A stretch of 64,000 nt of DNA from a bacterium (GCA_024231955.1 JAAEPZ010000538.1:766551-830550), one strand, 5' to 3'; shown: positions 9,971 to 19,102, counted from the stretch's first letter. Program-made: numbers and translations. Notes: generated by a model from the letters alone, not told the origin.

Positions 9971-11212
9971 ATGCCGTATTCCGGTAAGGTTCTTCATATT
10001 CTGTCCCAGCGGCCGCTGCTCACAGGTAGCGGCATCACTCTCGACGCTTATGTCCGTTGCGCCCGCGCCTGCGGTTGGCGGCAGGCCGCGGCTGTAGGGG
10101 TACCCGCAGACGAACCGGTTGCCCTGGGCGACCTGGAGCCTGAGCGTATTTTCCCTCTCCGCTTCGAACGGGGGCTCCTCGATTTCCCGGTTCCCGGCAT
10201 GAGCGACATCATGCCCTACCGCAGTACCATCTTCTCCTCGATGAACGAGACCCGACTTCATCAATACCGTCAGGCCTGGATGGATCATCTGCGCAACGTC
10301 CTCGCGGCCTTTCGACCCGATCTGATCCACTCCCATCACATCTGGCTGCTCAGCTCGTTACTAAAGGAGATCGCGCCGGATATCCCCATCGTCACCTCCT
10401 GCCACGCCACAGGTTTGCGGCAGATGGAGTTGTGTCCCGGCCTGGCGGACGAGGTGCGACGCGGATGCGCCCGCAACGATCATTTCATCGTGTTGACCGC
10501 TGAGCACGCCACGGCCCTCATCGATAGCCTGGGCCTGGAGAGCGAGCGGGTGACGGTTCAGCCGCCGGGATATCGTGCGGACCTCTTTCATGATCGAGGC
10601 AGATCGTATCGGAGCGCCGGAAGGCGACTGTGCTACGTGGGGAAATTCAGTGAGGCGAAAGGGCTCTCCTGCCTGTTGACCGCCTGCGAGGTTCTGCAAA
10701 GGGATTTCCCGGATCTGGAGCTGCATGTAGCCGGCGGCGGAGATAGCGATGAGGCGAACGCTCTCGGCAACCGACTGGCGGGCATGAACTCTTTCGCGAC
10801 CCGACATGGCCAGTTGTCGCAAGCGGAGCTGGCCGATCTGATGCGCAAATGCGACCTGCTGGTGCTCCCCTCCTTCTACGAGGGGGTGCCCCTTGTGCTC
10901 GTGGAGGCCCGCGCCGCCGGTTGCCGCGTCGTGGCTACCGATCTGCCGGGGATCCGCTCGGAGCTGTTCCCGGTTCTGGGGGATGAACTCACGCTGATCC
11001 CCCTACCTGAAATGGCGAGTGTGGATCGCCCCGCGGCGGAGGCTATCCCCGATTTCATTCACCGATTGGTTGAGGGGATTGGCGAGGCGCTGGGACGACA
11101 GGCCCCGGTGTTACGCGACTCCTCACTGGCAACGAACCTGCATGGGCACTCCTGGGAGGCGGTGTTCCAGGGTATAGAGAGCACCTGGCTCCGGCTCATC
11201 GGGCGGGGTTGA
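9971..11212 (+). CDS. Glycosyltransferase family 4 (GT-B, RfaG-like).
   Basis: C-terminal GT4 signature LVLPSFYEGVPLVLVEARAAGCRVVATDLPG. Start moved to the internal ATG at 9971 (MPYSGKVLHIL). Confidence 0.8.
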   Translation: MPYSGKVLHILSQRPLLTGSGITLDAYVRCARACGWRQAAAVGVPADEPVALGDLEPERIFPLRFERGLLDFPVPGMSDIMPYRSTIFSSMNETRLHQYRQAWMDHLRNVLAAFRPDLIHSHHIWLLSSLLKEIAPDIPIVTSCHATGLRQMELCPGLADEVRRGCARNDHFIVLTAEHATALIDSLGLESERVTVQPPGYRADLFHDRGRSYRSAGRRLCYVGKFSEAKGLSCLLTACEVLQRDFPDLELHVAGGGDSDEANALGNRLAGMNSFATRHGQLSQAELADLMRKCDLLVLPSFYEGVPLVLVEARAAGCRVVATDLPGIRSELFPVLGDELTLIPLPEMASVDRPAAEAIPDFIHRLVEGIGEALGRQAPVLRDSSLATNLHGHSWEAVFQGIESTWLRLIGRG

Positions 11213-11221
11213 CTCAGGCCT

Positions 11222-11605
11222 TCATGATTGTCCGCGACGAATGCGCTCCTTCTCGGCAAGGAACTCCGCCGCTTCCGGTTTGAGCAGAGTGACAAGCCCA
11301 TAGATGCCGACAATTGTGCCGAAGGGGATGCTGAGGAGGTTGAGAATACTAAGCACGACACCTGCGGAGCGCGCCCAGGGGCGCAGGCGGAGCAGACCAA
11401 AGCCGATGATGAGCCCCGGCAGCGACAGGAGCGTGAGAAAACTGCTGATGATCGTGCCGACCGAAGTGGTGACTATCAGCGCTTCCTGATCCCCGGACAA
11501 TAAACCGCCGCCCGTCATGGTGACAAAGATCACCAGGCTGAACAGCAGGCCGAATACGCTGATGACGAGGTAGAGAGCTCCAAGTACTGTCAGGTGTCTT
11601 TCCAT
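11222..11605 (-). CDS. Hypothetical small integral membrane protein, about 4 TM helices.
   Basis: 127 aa, almost entirely hydrophobic helices (VLGALYLVISVFGLLFSLVIFV..., GVVLSILNLLSIPFGTIVGIYGLVTLL). No recognisable motif. Confidence 0.45.
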   Translation of the reverse strand: MERHLTVLGALYLVISVFGLLFSLVIFVTMTGGGLLSGDQEALIVTTSVGTIISSFLTLLSLPGLIIGFGLLRLRPWARSAGVVLSILNLLSIPFGTIVGIYGLVTLLKPEAAEFLAEKERIRRGQS

Positions 11606-11821
11606 CTTTGTCTCCTTGCTAAGTGCGAACTCCGGCGTCGCTCCTTGGCAGTCGGTCGTTGAGCGCTACTGGTCCTTCACCTGGATAGCGATATCACAAA
11701 GTCCGGTTTCGGTCTACCAAACAGATACCCCGCTAGGGGTGGACGACATCGCGGCACATGGTTATAGTGTCCTGTTCCTCACTATCTCTAACGGATTCTA
11801 ATCAAGCGGCAGGAGAAGTAC

Positions 11822-12805
11822 ATGATCCCCATCGACAAACTTCAGGCGACCGGCGCTTTTCTGTTGGCTCAAGAGCGGGTTCGTCTTCTGCTCCACAAAC
11901 ATCCCGATGGCGATACCCTTGGTTCCAGCCTGGCTCTGGCGCGCTTCCTCAAGCAGAAGGGGATGGATATTGGGGTCTTTGGTCCGTTTCCGCGAGCGGC
12001 AAAGTTCGATTTTTTGCCGGGCTTCGAGGAGGTCGAGTCCGGTGTAGACGAGATCCGCAATCCCGAATATGCCGATACGCTCTACGTGGTTGTCGATAGT
12101 ACGGGGGTGGATCGGACGGGCTTCGAGGAGGGGGACTTCAAACGGCTGTTGCGCCTCGATCATCATATCGGGGGCAGTCGGTATAGCGAGTACGATCTGG
12201 TGGATACCTCCGCCGGAGCGGCGGCTCTGATTATCAGCGATCTCCTCCATGCCCTGGACAAGGATGGCATAGACGCCGGCACCGCCACCTGCCTCTACAC
12301 CGGTCTGATGACCGATACCGGCGGTTTCCGCTACACCAATACCAACAGCCATGTATTCCACTCCGTGGCTCGTCTGGTCGACCAGGGGGCGAGCCCGGCT
12401 GAGGTCGCCACGATGGTCTATGACCGTCGGAATCCCTCCTATCTGCTGCTGCTCAAGCGGGCGCTGGAATCAATCGAGTTCCATGCCGAAGGCCGCCTGG
12501 CCATGTTGACGCTCACCGCCGCGGGTCTTCCCGAGGAGGCGTTGCTCTATTTTGGGGAGGATGATTTCATCAACCTGCCGCGCGGCCTTGCCCAGGTGGA
12601 GGTTGTCGTCCAGATGAAGCTGGTCCCCGGTGAAAACTGGAAAGTCGGCTTCCGGGCCAAAGGCAAGGTCAATGTGCAGGAGATCGCCACCCATTTCGGT
12701 GGTGGAGGACACTTCTCGGCAGCAGGTTGCGAGATCGATGGCGAGTTGGAGGAGGTTCGACACCGTGTGCTGACGCGGGTCCTTGAGGCTATCTCAGCAT
12801 CTTGA
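11822..12805 (+). CDS. nrnA: DHH-family phosphoesterase, NrnA-like (oligoribonuclease / pAp phosphatase).
   Basis: DHH motifs HKHPDGDTLGS and LDHHIGG, plus a DHHA1-like C-terminus with GGGH (FGGGGHFSAAG). Confidence 0.75.
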   Translation: MIPIDKLQATGAFLLAQERVRLLLHKHPDGDTLGSSLALARFLKQKGMDIGVFGPFPRAAKFDFLPGFEEVESGVDEIRNPEYADTLYVVVDSTGVDRTGFEEGDFKRLLRLDHHIGGSRYSEYDLVDTSAGAAALIISDLLHALDKDGIDAGTATCLYTGLMTDTGGFRYTNTNSHVFHSVARLVDQGASPAEVATMVYDRRNPSYLLLLKRALESIEFHAEGRLAMLTLTAAGLPEEALLYFGEDDFINLPRGLAQVEVVVQMKLVPGENWKVGFRAKGKVNVQEIATHFGGGGHFSAAGCEIDGELEEVRHRVLTRVLEAISAS

Positions 12806-12941
12806 TCCCGGCCGGTTGCCTGCAGGCTATCTCCTTTATGGATTCGGATAGTGATCTATTGCTCCATATTGTCGTCAATCGTTGACACTGTGGTGCCGAT
12901 AAGTTACAATCTGGAGACCATGTCTACAGGAGAGTACCTCA

Positions 12942-14708
12942 GTGTCTAAGGATTCGGGAAACGACAAGCCGACATTGCCCAAACGATCACCGGCTCTCGA
13001 GAAGCTGCTGGGGCGTTCCGTCGATTCCTCGCCAAAAACAGCCACATCCGGCGGCGCCGCCGCCACACCAGCCCCAATTACCGAGACCAATGCCGCTCCC
13101 AAACCCGGACAATCCGCTTCCGGCAGCAGTGTCTGGGAGCTTGAGACTCTCCGCAATCGCCTGAAGGAGACTCAGGAGGAGATCGCTCGGCTCCGCATTA
13201 TTGATGACTCTCATAGCCGTTTGCTCACCCTTCTCGAGGCGAACGCCGATTTTCTGGTCTCGGCGGATCCCGCCAGGCTTCCGGATCGGATTCTCCAGAT
13301 CGGGCTGGACCTGGTCGGCGCGGAGCGCGCCGCGTTCTTCCGCATCAGCAAGGAGGGGGCGCTGAATCTGGGACAGGTGCGACCTGAAGGTGCAACTTTC
13401 AGCTCGATCAGCCACTCGGTCGTACGGGACGCGCTTCTGGGGAAACGGACGATCGTTCATCAGGGACAGTCCGCCCAGGTGGGTGCCGAGCGGCAGAGCA
13501 TTATTGACCTGGATCTGGAAACAGTAGTCGCTACGCCACTTATGACTGCCGAACGTCAACTGGGTATCCTTTATCTGGACGGTTCGCGCGTTGGTGCTTT
13601 TACCGCCGCCGATGTTCCTGTGCTTGAGATCTTCACCCGTCTCGCAGCTGCGGCAATGGTTCGCCTCGAGGAGTTGCAGGAGGTGCGTGAGGAGAAGAGT
13701 GAGCTCAAACAGGAGAACATGGAGCTGAAAAGCGCCCTGAGTGACCGCACCCGTTTCGGTAATATTCTGGCGGCGAGTGCCGGCATGAAGAACGTGATCG
13801 AGCAGCTCAGACGGATGTGCCGCTATCGCTCCACCGTGCGGATATTCGGGGAGACCGGTACGGGTAAGGAGTTGATTGCCAGGGCTCTGCACAACGAAAG
13901 CGCCTGGGCGCGGCGGCCATTCGTTACCATCAACTGTGGTGCAATCCCTGAAGCGCTGCTTGAGTCCGAGCTGTTTGGACACGAGAAGGGCGCCTTTACC
14001 GGTGCCGATACGGCCAAGGCCGGGCTCTTCGAGCAGGCCGACGGCGGAAGCCTGTTTCTGGATGAGATCGGTGATATGCCCGCCATGTTGCAGGTCAAAC
14101 TGCTTCGGGTCTTGGAGAATGGCGAGGTGCGCCGCGTCGGGGGGAATCGGGTGAGTCGTGTCGATGTGAGGGTTATCGCTGCATCGCACCGCAACCTGGA
14201 GGAGAGGGTTCGGGATGGGGAGTTCCGGGAGGATCTGTTCTATCGACTCAATGTCCTCACCGTCAGTCTGCCGCCGTTGCGGGAGCGTCCCGAGGATGTT
14301 GAGCTTCTTGCCGAGTATTTTCTGAAGAGATACGGGGAGAAGATGGGTCAGGACTGCCGCGGCTTCACACCGGCGGCGATCGGACGTTTGCAATCGGAGA
14401 CCTGGCCCGGCAACGTGAGGCAGCTCGAGAAGTGCGTTGAGAGGAGCCTGGCTCACTGGGAGGGGCGACGGATCATGGAGGAGCACCAACTGATGCTCGA
14501 CGCAGGCCCCCTCACCGATCGACCGGATCTGCAGGCGACCCAGTCAAGTCCGGATGAGAGTCTGAAGCAGTTCGTGACCAGGATGGAGAAAGACAAGATC
14601 GGTCAGGCGCTGAAACAGGCGAAGGGCCGTAAAACCACTGCCGCAGCCAGACTTGGCATCTCCCGGCAGTACCTACATCGCAAGATCAAGGATCTGGAGC
14701 TCGAATAG
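12942..14708 (+). CDS. Sigma-54-dependent transcriptional activator (disordered N-term, GAF sensor, AAA+ sigma-54 interaction domain, Fis-type HTH).
   Basis: Walker A GETGTGKELIARALH, GAFTGA motif ESELFGHEKGAFTGA, Walker B GGSLFLDEIGDM, arginine finger region, C-terminal HTH AAARLGISRQYLHRKIK. GAF-like block upstream. Confidence 0.85.
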   Translation: MSKDSGNDKPTLPKRSPALEKLLGRSVDSSPKTATSGGAAATPAPITETNAAPKPGQSASGSSVWELETLRNRLKETQEEIARLRIIDDSHSRLLTLLEANADFLVSADPARLPDRILQIGLDLVGAERAAFFRISKEGALNLGQVRPEGATFSSISHSVVRDALLGKRTIVHQGQSAQVGAERQSIIDLDLETVVATPLMTAERQLGILYLDGSRVGAFTAADVPVLEIFTRLAAAAMVRLEELQEVREEKSELKQENMELKSALSDRTRFGNILAASAGMKNVIEQLRRMCRYRSTVRIFGETGTGKELIARALHNESAWARRPFVTINCGAIPEALLESELFGHEKGAFTGADTAKAGLFEQADGGSLFLDEIGDMPAMLQVKLLRVLENGEVRRVGGNRVSRVDVRVIAASHRNLEERVRDGEFREDLFYRLNVLTVSLPPLRERPEDVELLAEYFLKRYGEKMGQDCRGFTPAAIGRLQSETWPGNVRQLEKCVERSLAHWEGRRIMEEHQLMLDAGPLTDRPDLQATQSSPDESLKQFVTRMEKDKIGQALKQAKGRKTTAAARLGISRQYLHRKIKDLELE

Positions 14709-14716
14709 AGTGAAAT

Positions 14717-14734
14717 CGTAAACATGTGTTTACG
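14717..14734. promoter_or_regulatory. Perfect 18-bp palindrome CGTAAACATGTGTTTACG, a candidate upstream activator sequence for the adjacent sigma-54 activator.
   Basis: Read directly from the sequence. It lies about 200 bp upstream of the sigma-54 promoter at 14931. A half-site-like TAAACATG recurs at about 14882. Confidence 0.35.
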
Positions 14735-14930
14735 AAGTGTCGCCGATTTGATGCCTCCCTAACTCTCTGTAATATATGTCGATATGGTTGACGTTGTTTT
14801 TGTGTCGCCTGTAGTTTCCATACTCAGGTTGGAAGTAACTCGCTCCCGACAATTCCTGAAAATCATAACTCCCAGTAAATAAACATGATAGCCCCTGAAG
14901 GCGCTATGAGGAAGTCCGCTCCGTGATAAC

Positions 14931-14945
14931 GGCATCCGGGTTGCT
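14931..14945 (+). promoter_or_regulatory. Sigma-54 (-24/-12) promoter.
   Basis: GGCATccgggTTGCT gives GG-N10-GC with TTGC at -12, matching TGGCAC-N5-TTGCW. It sits about 50 nt upstream of the first small-peptide ATG. Confidence 0.5.
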
Positions 14946-14996
14946 ATAAGGCCAGTGTCAGCTCACTACAAAATAACGGAAATCGGGAGGTTTCAA

Positions 14997-15074
14997 ATGT
15001 TGATCTTCAGTCTGTTCGCCAGCGCTTCCGTCTTCACAGCTTTCCTGACCAAGACCTGGTGGGACATTTCCTAA
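14997..15074 (+). CDS. 25-aa hydrophobic peptide, copy 1 of a tandem paralogous array.
   Basis: MLIFSLFASASVFTAFLTKTWWDIS. GGGAGG lies 7 nt upstream. The copies differ mainly by synonymous or conservative changes. Confidence 0.5.
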   Translation: MLIFSLFASASVFTAFLTKTWWDIS

Positions 15075-15128
15075 GCACAGTTAACGTGGGCTGCGGCCCG
15101 GTACCCGAGTAAAACAGGAGAAGTTAAA

Positions 15129-15206
15129 ATGTTGATTTTCAGTCTGTTCGCAACCGCTTCGATCTTCACAGCTTTCTTGACCAAGACCTGGTGGAACATC
15201 GGTTAG
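15129..15206 (+). CDS. 25-aa hydrophobic peptide, copy 2.
   Basis: MLIFSLFATASIFTAFLTKTWWNIG. AGGAGAAG RBS. Followed by a GCGGGCC-tgag-GGCCCGC hairpin. Confidence 0.5.
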   Translation: MLIFSLFATASIFTAFLTKTWWNIG

Positions 15207-15266
15207 ATGACTGTATGGCGGGCCTGAGGGCCCGCAATACTTGACCACATCATTAGGAGGTTTCTC

Positions 15267-15344
15267 ATGTTGATTTTCAGTCTGTTCGCAACCGCTTCGA
15301 TCTTCACAGCTTTCCTGACCAAAACCTGGTGGGATCACAGCTAA
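15267..15344 (+). CDS. 25-aa hydrophobic peptide, copy 3.
   Basis: MLIFSLFATASIFTAFLTKTWWDHS. AGGAGG RBS. Followed by a CGCGGC-tgaa-GCCGCG hairpin. Confidence 0.5.
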   Translation: MLIFSLFATASIFTAFLTKTWWDHS

Positions 15345-15399
15345 GGAAGTTTACGCGGCTGAAGCCGCGGTCCCGGTAGGGATTACCCGCAAGTGTGCG

Positions 15400-15435
15400 A
15401 TGTTGATTTCGGTTCGCCATACCAGCTTTGCATGA
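15400..15435 (+). pseudogene. Degenerate fourth copy of the small-peptide gene.
   Basis: ATGTTGATTT...TTCGC...AGCTTTG retains blocks of the unit but carries deletions and an early stop (MLISVRHTSFA). Spacing from copy 3 (55 nt) matches the array period. No RBS. Confidence 0.35.
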
Positions 15436-15630
15436 ACTGTCTGAAAAATAACCCAGTGGTATGGTGCCCAGATAGATGGAATTCGCTTCATCAAATCCAT
15501 TTGATTCGAGGAGGCGAAGACGGGTTGGGAAGGAGCCCGACCTCGTCCGGCGAAAGCCGGGAATCTGAAATGTAGAGGCTCGTGATGATGGAGAACCGGC
15601 CTTTCCTTGTTGCAGGGAAAGGTCGGGCTC

Positions 15631-15686
15631 TTGTGTTGCTGTATTTGTGACTTGAAACTTGTGTTGCTGTATTTGTGACTTGAAAC
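15631..15686. repeat. Perfect tandem direct repeat, 2 x 28 bp (TTGTGTTGCTGTATTTGTGACTTGAAAC).
   Basis: Read directly from the sequence. It lies immediately upstream of a small ORF. There are no spacers, so it is not a CRISPR array. Confidence 0.8.
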
Positions 15687-15701
15687 AATGGAGGGGGCGG
15701 T

Positions 15702-15809
15702 ATGGATGCAATACGGAGAATCAAGGGCTCTGGTTTGCTGATGTTCATGCTCAGCCTCCTTGATTTGCTCACCACGGCGCCGGGCAAGACTCGGTGGTGT
15801 GATGAGTGA
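15702..15809 (+). CDS. 35-aa small hydrophobic peptide (MDAIRRIKGSGLLMFMLSLLDLLTTAPGKTRWCDE).
   Basis: GGAGGGGG SD 7 nt upstream. Its C-terminal K-T-R-W-C-D echoes the K-T-W-W-D of the 25-aa peptides. GC hairpins follow. Confidence 0.35.
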   Translation: MDAIRRIKGSGLLMFMLSLLDLLTTAPGKTRWCDE

Positions 15810-16035
15810 TACCGAGTAACCGGGTCTCCCATCCCCTGGTTGCGAGGGGAGGGGCTGCACCTTTTGGTGTGGCCCCTCTTTAATTTCGGCCAATGTTTGT
15901 GAAAAAAATAACGATACTGGTGAATATCTCTTTTCATAACCTAAAGTGAATATATCGCTTGCAAAATAATGCTAAGAGTGATTATTCTCCCCTCCGCCCC
16001 GAGATTGTGGGCATTCTCCCAGGTGGATTTGTCTG

Positions 16036-16344
16036 ATGAGCTTTCTGTTTAGTATCGCCAAAAGGACCAGGCGTCAGATCAGGAAACAGTCCGGACGAGG
16101 TACTGGCGTACTGTCGCTGAGTCATCTCGGTGTCACCTTTGCTGCTTCAATTGCTCTCTACACTCTGGCTGGACTGTGGCTCGACAAGAAACTGGGTGTA
16201 TTGCCGCTGTTTACTTTGTTGGGTGCGGCGGTCGGTACGGTCGGTGGCTTTCTCTGGCTTTATCGCGAAGTTCTCAGAGCGGAAGAGCGGAATATCGAGG
16301 GAAGTGACGACAACGAGGTGGGTGAGGAGCAGGTGGAGAGTTGA
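16036..16344 (+). CDS. AtpZ/Atp1-like small membrane protein, first gene of the atp operon.
   Basis: 102 aa with an arginine-rich N-terminus followed by two TM helices, immediately upstream of atpI and atpB. Confidence 0.55.
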   Translation: MSFLFSIAKRTRRQIRKQSGRGTGVLSLSHLGVTFAASIALYTLAGLWLDKKLGVLPLFTLLGAAVGTVGGFLWLYREVLRAEERNIEGSDDNEVGEEQVES

Positions 16345-16760
16345 GATCACTTCAGGTTCGTTTCCTTAATGCAATATTGGCACTTGCTTTGCTGTCAGCG
16401 CTAACGGTTGCATTTGTTCAGTCATTTCTGCCGAGTGTGAAGCTGTGGGGCAGTTGGGCAGGCATCGGTGTTGCTGTAGCAAGTGTGGCAGTCAGTTTCT
16501 ATCAACTGAAACGCTCGCTATCCGCCGCTCACCTGGTGTTCTTCAGAGCCTTTGTTTTCAGCATGGCGTTGAGAGTGTTGATGATCGCTACGGCCAGTTT
16601 GCTGGTTTGGCAGACGACGAATTGGGATCTCAGACAGTACTTGATCCTTTTGGGTTTGACTTATCCGCTCTTCCTCATGATTGAGGCGTACTTTCTGTGG
16701 CGGATGCTTGGCGTGTCGGCGGGTGAAAATCCCACCCGGTGCGCGGAAAATAAGGAGTGA
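16341..16760 (+). CDS. atpI: ATP synthase protein I (AtpI)-like membrane protein.
   Basis: 139 aa, four hydrophobic helices. Its position between the atpZ-like gene and atpB, with 4-nt overlaps, indicates translational coupling. Confidence 0.55.
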   Translation: MRSLQVRFLNAILALALLSALTVAFVQSFLPSVKLWGSWAGIGVAVASVAVSFYQLKRSLSAAHLVFFRAFVFSMALRVLMIATASLLVWQTTNWDLRQYLILLGLTYPLFLMIEAYFLWRMLGVSAGENPTRCAENKE

Positions 16761-17671
16761 GGTTCTTGTTTCCAGCGAGCGCTTTGGCCAATGAGCACGG
16801 ACATGAGGCTGTTCAGGATTCTCTGCACGCAGCATCGACGCATGCCGTCGAAAGCGCCGAATCCCTGGATCCCATGGGGCACATCCTTAACAGCGATTTC
16901 TGGGAGATCACACATTCGCTGAGATTCAACATCAGCGAGTTGATCCCCATTCCGACCTTTCACATCGGATCACTCGAAGTGAACCTCGCACCCTCGCTGC
17001 ATGTCATCATGCTCTGGTTGGCGGGGCTGTTGCTCTTCCTGCTGCTGCGCAAAGCCGCGAGCGCGGAGGAGAACATGGTGCCCAAAGGGCGGCTGCGCAA
17101 TTTCTTCGAGGCGATCATCCTCTTTGTGCGGGACGAAGTCGTCTACAATACGATGGGCGAGAAGACCGGCCGACGTTTCCTCCCCTATCTGCTCACGGTT
17201 TTCTTCTTTATCCTCTTCATCAACTTGCTGGGGTTGATCCCGACCATGGCCACCGCCACGGGCAACATCAACGTCACCGCCACTTTGGCAATACTGACGT
17301 TCATGGTCACCCAGGGCAGCGGCATCAAGCAGAACGGTTTCTTCCAGCACTGGAGGAATCTCGTTCCGCCGGGCGTCCCCTGGCCGTTGATGATCATCAT
17401 GATCCCCATCGAGATCATGGGGATGTTGACCAAGCCCTTCTCGCTGACCATGCGACTTTTCGCCAACATGATCGCGGGCCATATCATCATCCTGTCCTTT
17501 TTCGGACTGATCTTCGGCATGTCGCTGAAGCTGTGCGCCCTGGCGGCGCTGCCCTTTGCCGGCGCCGTCGCCATCAGCGCTTTTGAGATTTTTGTCGGCT
17601 TTCTGCAAGCCTTCATTTTCACGTTCTTGTCGACGATTTTCATAAATCAGGCGGTCCATCCGGAACATTAA
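16757..17671 (+). CDS. atpB: F0F1 ATP synthase subunit a.
   Basis: Conserved stator arginine region LSLTMRLFANMIAGHIII. Polytopic membrane protein. The start is uncertain (GTG at 16757 or a later ATG). Confidence 0.85.
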   Translation: MRFLFPASALANEHGHEAVQDSLHAASTHAVESAESLDPMGHILNSDFWEITHSLRFNISELIPIPTFHIGSLEVNLAPSLHVIMLWLAGLLLFLLLRKAASAEENMVPKGRLRNFFEAIILFVRDEVVYNTMGEKTGRRFLPYLLTVFFFILFINLLGLIPTMATATGNINVTATLAILTFMVTQGSGIKQNGFFQHWRNLVPPGVPWPLMIIMIPIEIMGMLTKPFSLTMRLFANMIAGHIIILSFFGLIFGMSLKLCALAALPFAGAVAISAFEIFVGFLQAFIFTFLSTIFINQAVHPEH

Positions 17672-17968
<297 letters not shown>

Positions 17969-17983
17969 AAGAGGGGTTGAGCA

Positions 17984-18550
17984 ATGGGTGACCTGTTCTT
18001 ATCAGGGCTTCCTCTACTTCTCAACGCCGCCGACGGCGCGGGACACGGGCGCAAGTTCGACTTGCTGGCCGTGGATCCCGGCCTGATCTTCTGGACGGTT
18101 CTGACCTTCGTGTGTCTGCTCCTCCTGCTGCGCAAAACCGCATGGGGACCGATCATCGAGGGACTCGACCGTCGCGAGGAGAGTATCCGCAACTCCATCA
18201 ACGAGGCGGAGAGAGCCAACGAGGAGGGCAAGAAGCTGCTCGAGCAGCAGCAAGCCGAGTTGGCCACTGCCCGCCAGGAGGCGCAGAAGATCATCGAGAA
18301 GGGTACGGTTGCCGCCAAGGCCATGCGGGATGACATCATCGCGAAGGCCCAGTCGGAAGCCGGGGACCTGCTCGAAGCGGCCCGTCATGAGATCCAGTTG
18401 GAAACCGGGAAAGCACGCGACGCGCTCCGCAAGGATATCGTTGGGCTCAGTCTCGATATCGCGGGCAAGGTGCTCGAACGTTCTCTCGATGACTCCGATC
18501 ACGAACGCCTCGCAAAGGAGTTCATGGCACAGGCGGACAGGATCCAATGA
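17984..18550 (+). CDS. atpF: F0F1 ATP synthase subunit b.
   Basis: Single N-terminal TM helix, then a long charged coiled-coil (EAERANEEGKKLLEQQQAELATARQEAQKIIEKG). Confidence 0.85.
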   Translation: MGDLFLSGLPLLLNAADGAGHGRKFDLLAVDPGLIFWTVLTFVCLLLLLRKTAWGPIIEGLDRREESIRNSINEAERANEEGKKLLEQQQAELATARQEAQKIIEKGTVAAKAMRDDIIAKAQSEAGDLLEAARHEIQLETGKARDALRKDIVGLSLDIAGKVLERSLDDSDHERLAKEFMAQADRIQ

Positions 18551-19101
18551 GGAATGCGGCAATAGCCAGAGTCTACGCCACCGCCCTGCTTGAGCTGGGC
18601 GGGGAACGGAATCAACTTGAGGAGTTGACTCGCGATCTCGATGCTCTCCGCGAGATTGCGGGCGAGGATATTGGCTTTGTGAAAATGCTGGAATCGCCTG
18701 AGCTCGGATTCGACCAGAAACGGCGAATCCTGGAGAAGGTGGTCGCTTCGGCGGAGACTGAGCTCACGCTCCGTTTCCTGTTGCTGCTTGTGCGCAAGCA
18801 TCGTGAAGCGGCTCTGTACTCGATCATCGAAATGTTCCACCAGCTGCGTGATGAAAAGGAGGGACGTCTTCGTGGACGTCTCCGCGCGGCCCGTGGACTT
18901 GAATCCGCTCGGGTCGCGGAGCTGGAGGCTGCGCTCAGTCGCTCCTCCAAAGCCACCGTGCTGCTGGACGTGGAACAGGATGAAGAACTAATGGCCGGGA
19001 TGGTGCTCCACCTGGCTGATCTGACGGTGGACGGCAGCCTGAAGATGCGCCTGTCGCGCATGAAGGACCGCTTGCTGTCGGCTGAAATGGGAAAGGAATG
19101 A
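18547..19101 (+). CDS. atpH: F0F1 ATP synthase subunit delta (OSCP).
   Basis: 184 aa starting [10 protein letters not shown], between atpF and atpA with a 4-nt overlap. Confidence 0.85.
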   Translation: MRNAAIARVYATALLELGGERNQLEELTRDLDALREIAGEDIGFVKMLESPELGFDQKRRILEKVVASAETELTLRFLLLLVRKHREAALYSIIEMFHQLRDEKEGRLRGRLRAARGLESARVAELEAALSRSSKATVLLDVEQDEELMAGMVLHLADLTVDGSLKMRLSRMKDRLLSAEMGKE

Positions 19102-19102
19102 G

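Noticed and set aside
12987-14489. 500-aa minus-strand ORF.
   Set aside because: Antisense to the sigma-54 activator, whose Walker/GAFTGA motifs are unambiguous.
15631-15686. Possible CRISPR repeat (28-bp unit).
   Set aside because: Only two copies, directly abutting with no spacer, and no cas genes nearby. It is a simple tandem duplication in a regulatory leader.
15351-15937. Several 60-180-aa ORFs on both strands (15351..15893, 15491..15937, 15393..15575).
   Set aside because: They are mutually overlapping with no RBS or motifs. The region is better explained by small peptide genes, hairpins and a structured leader.
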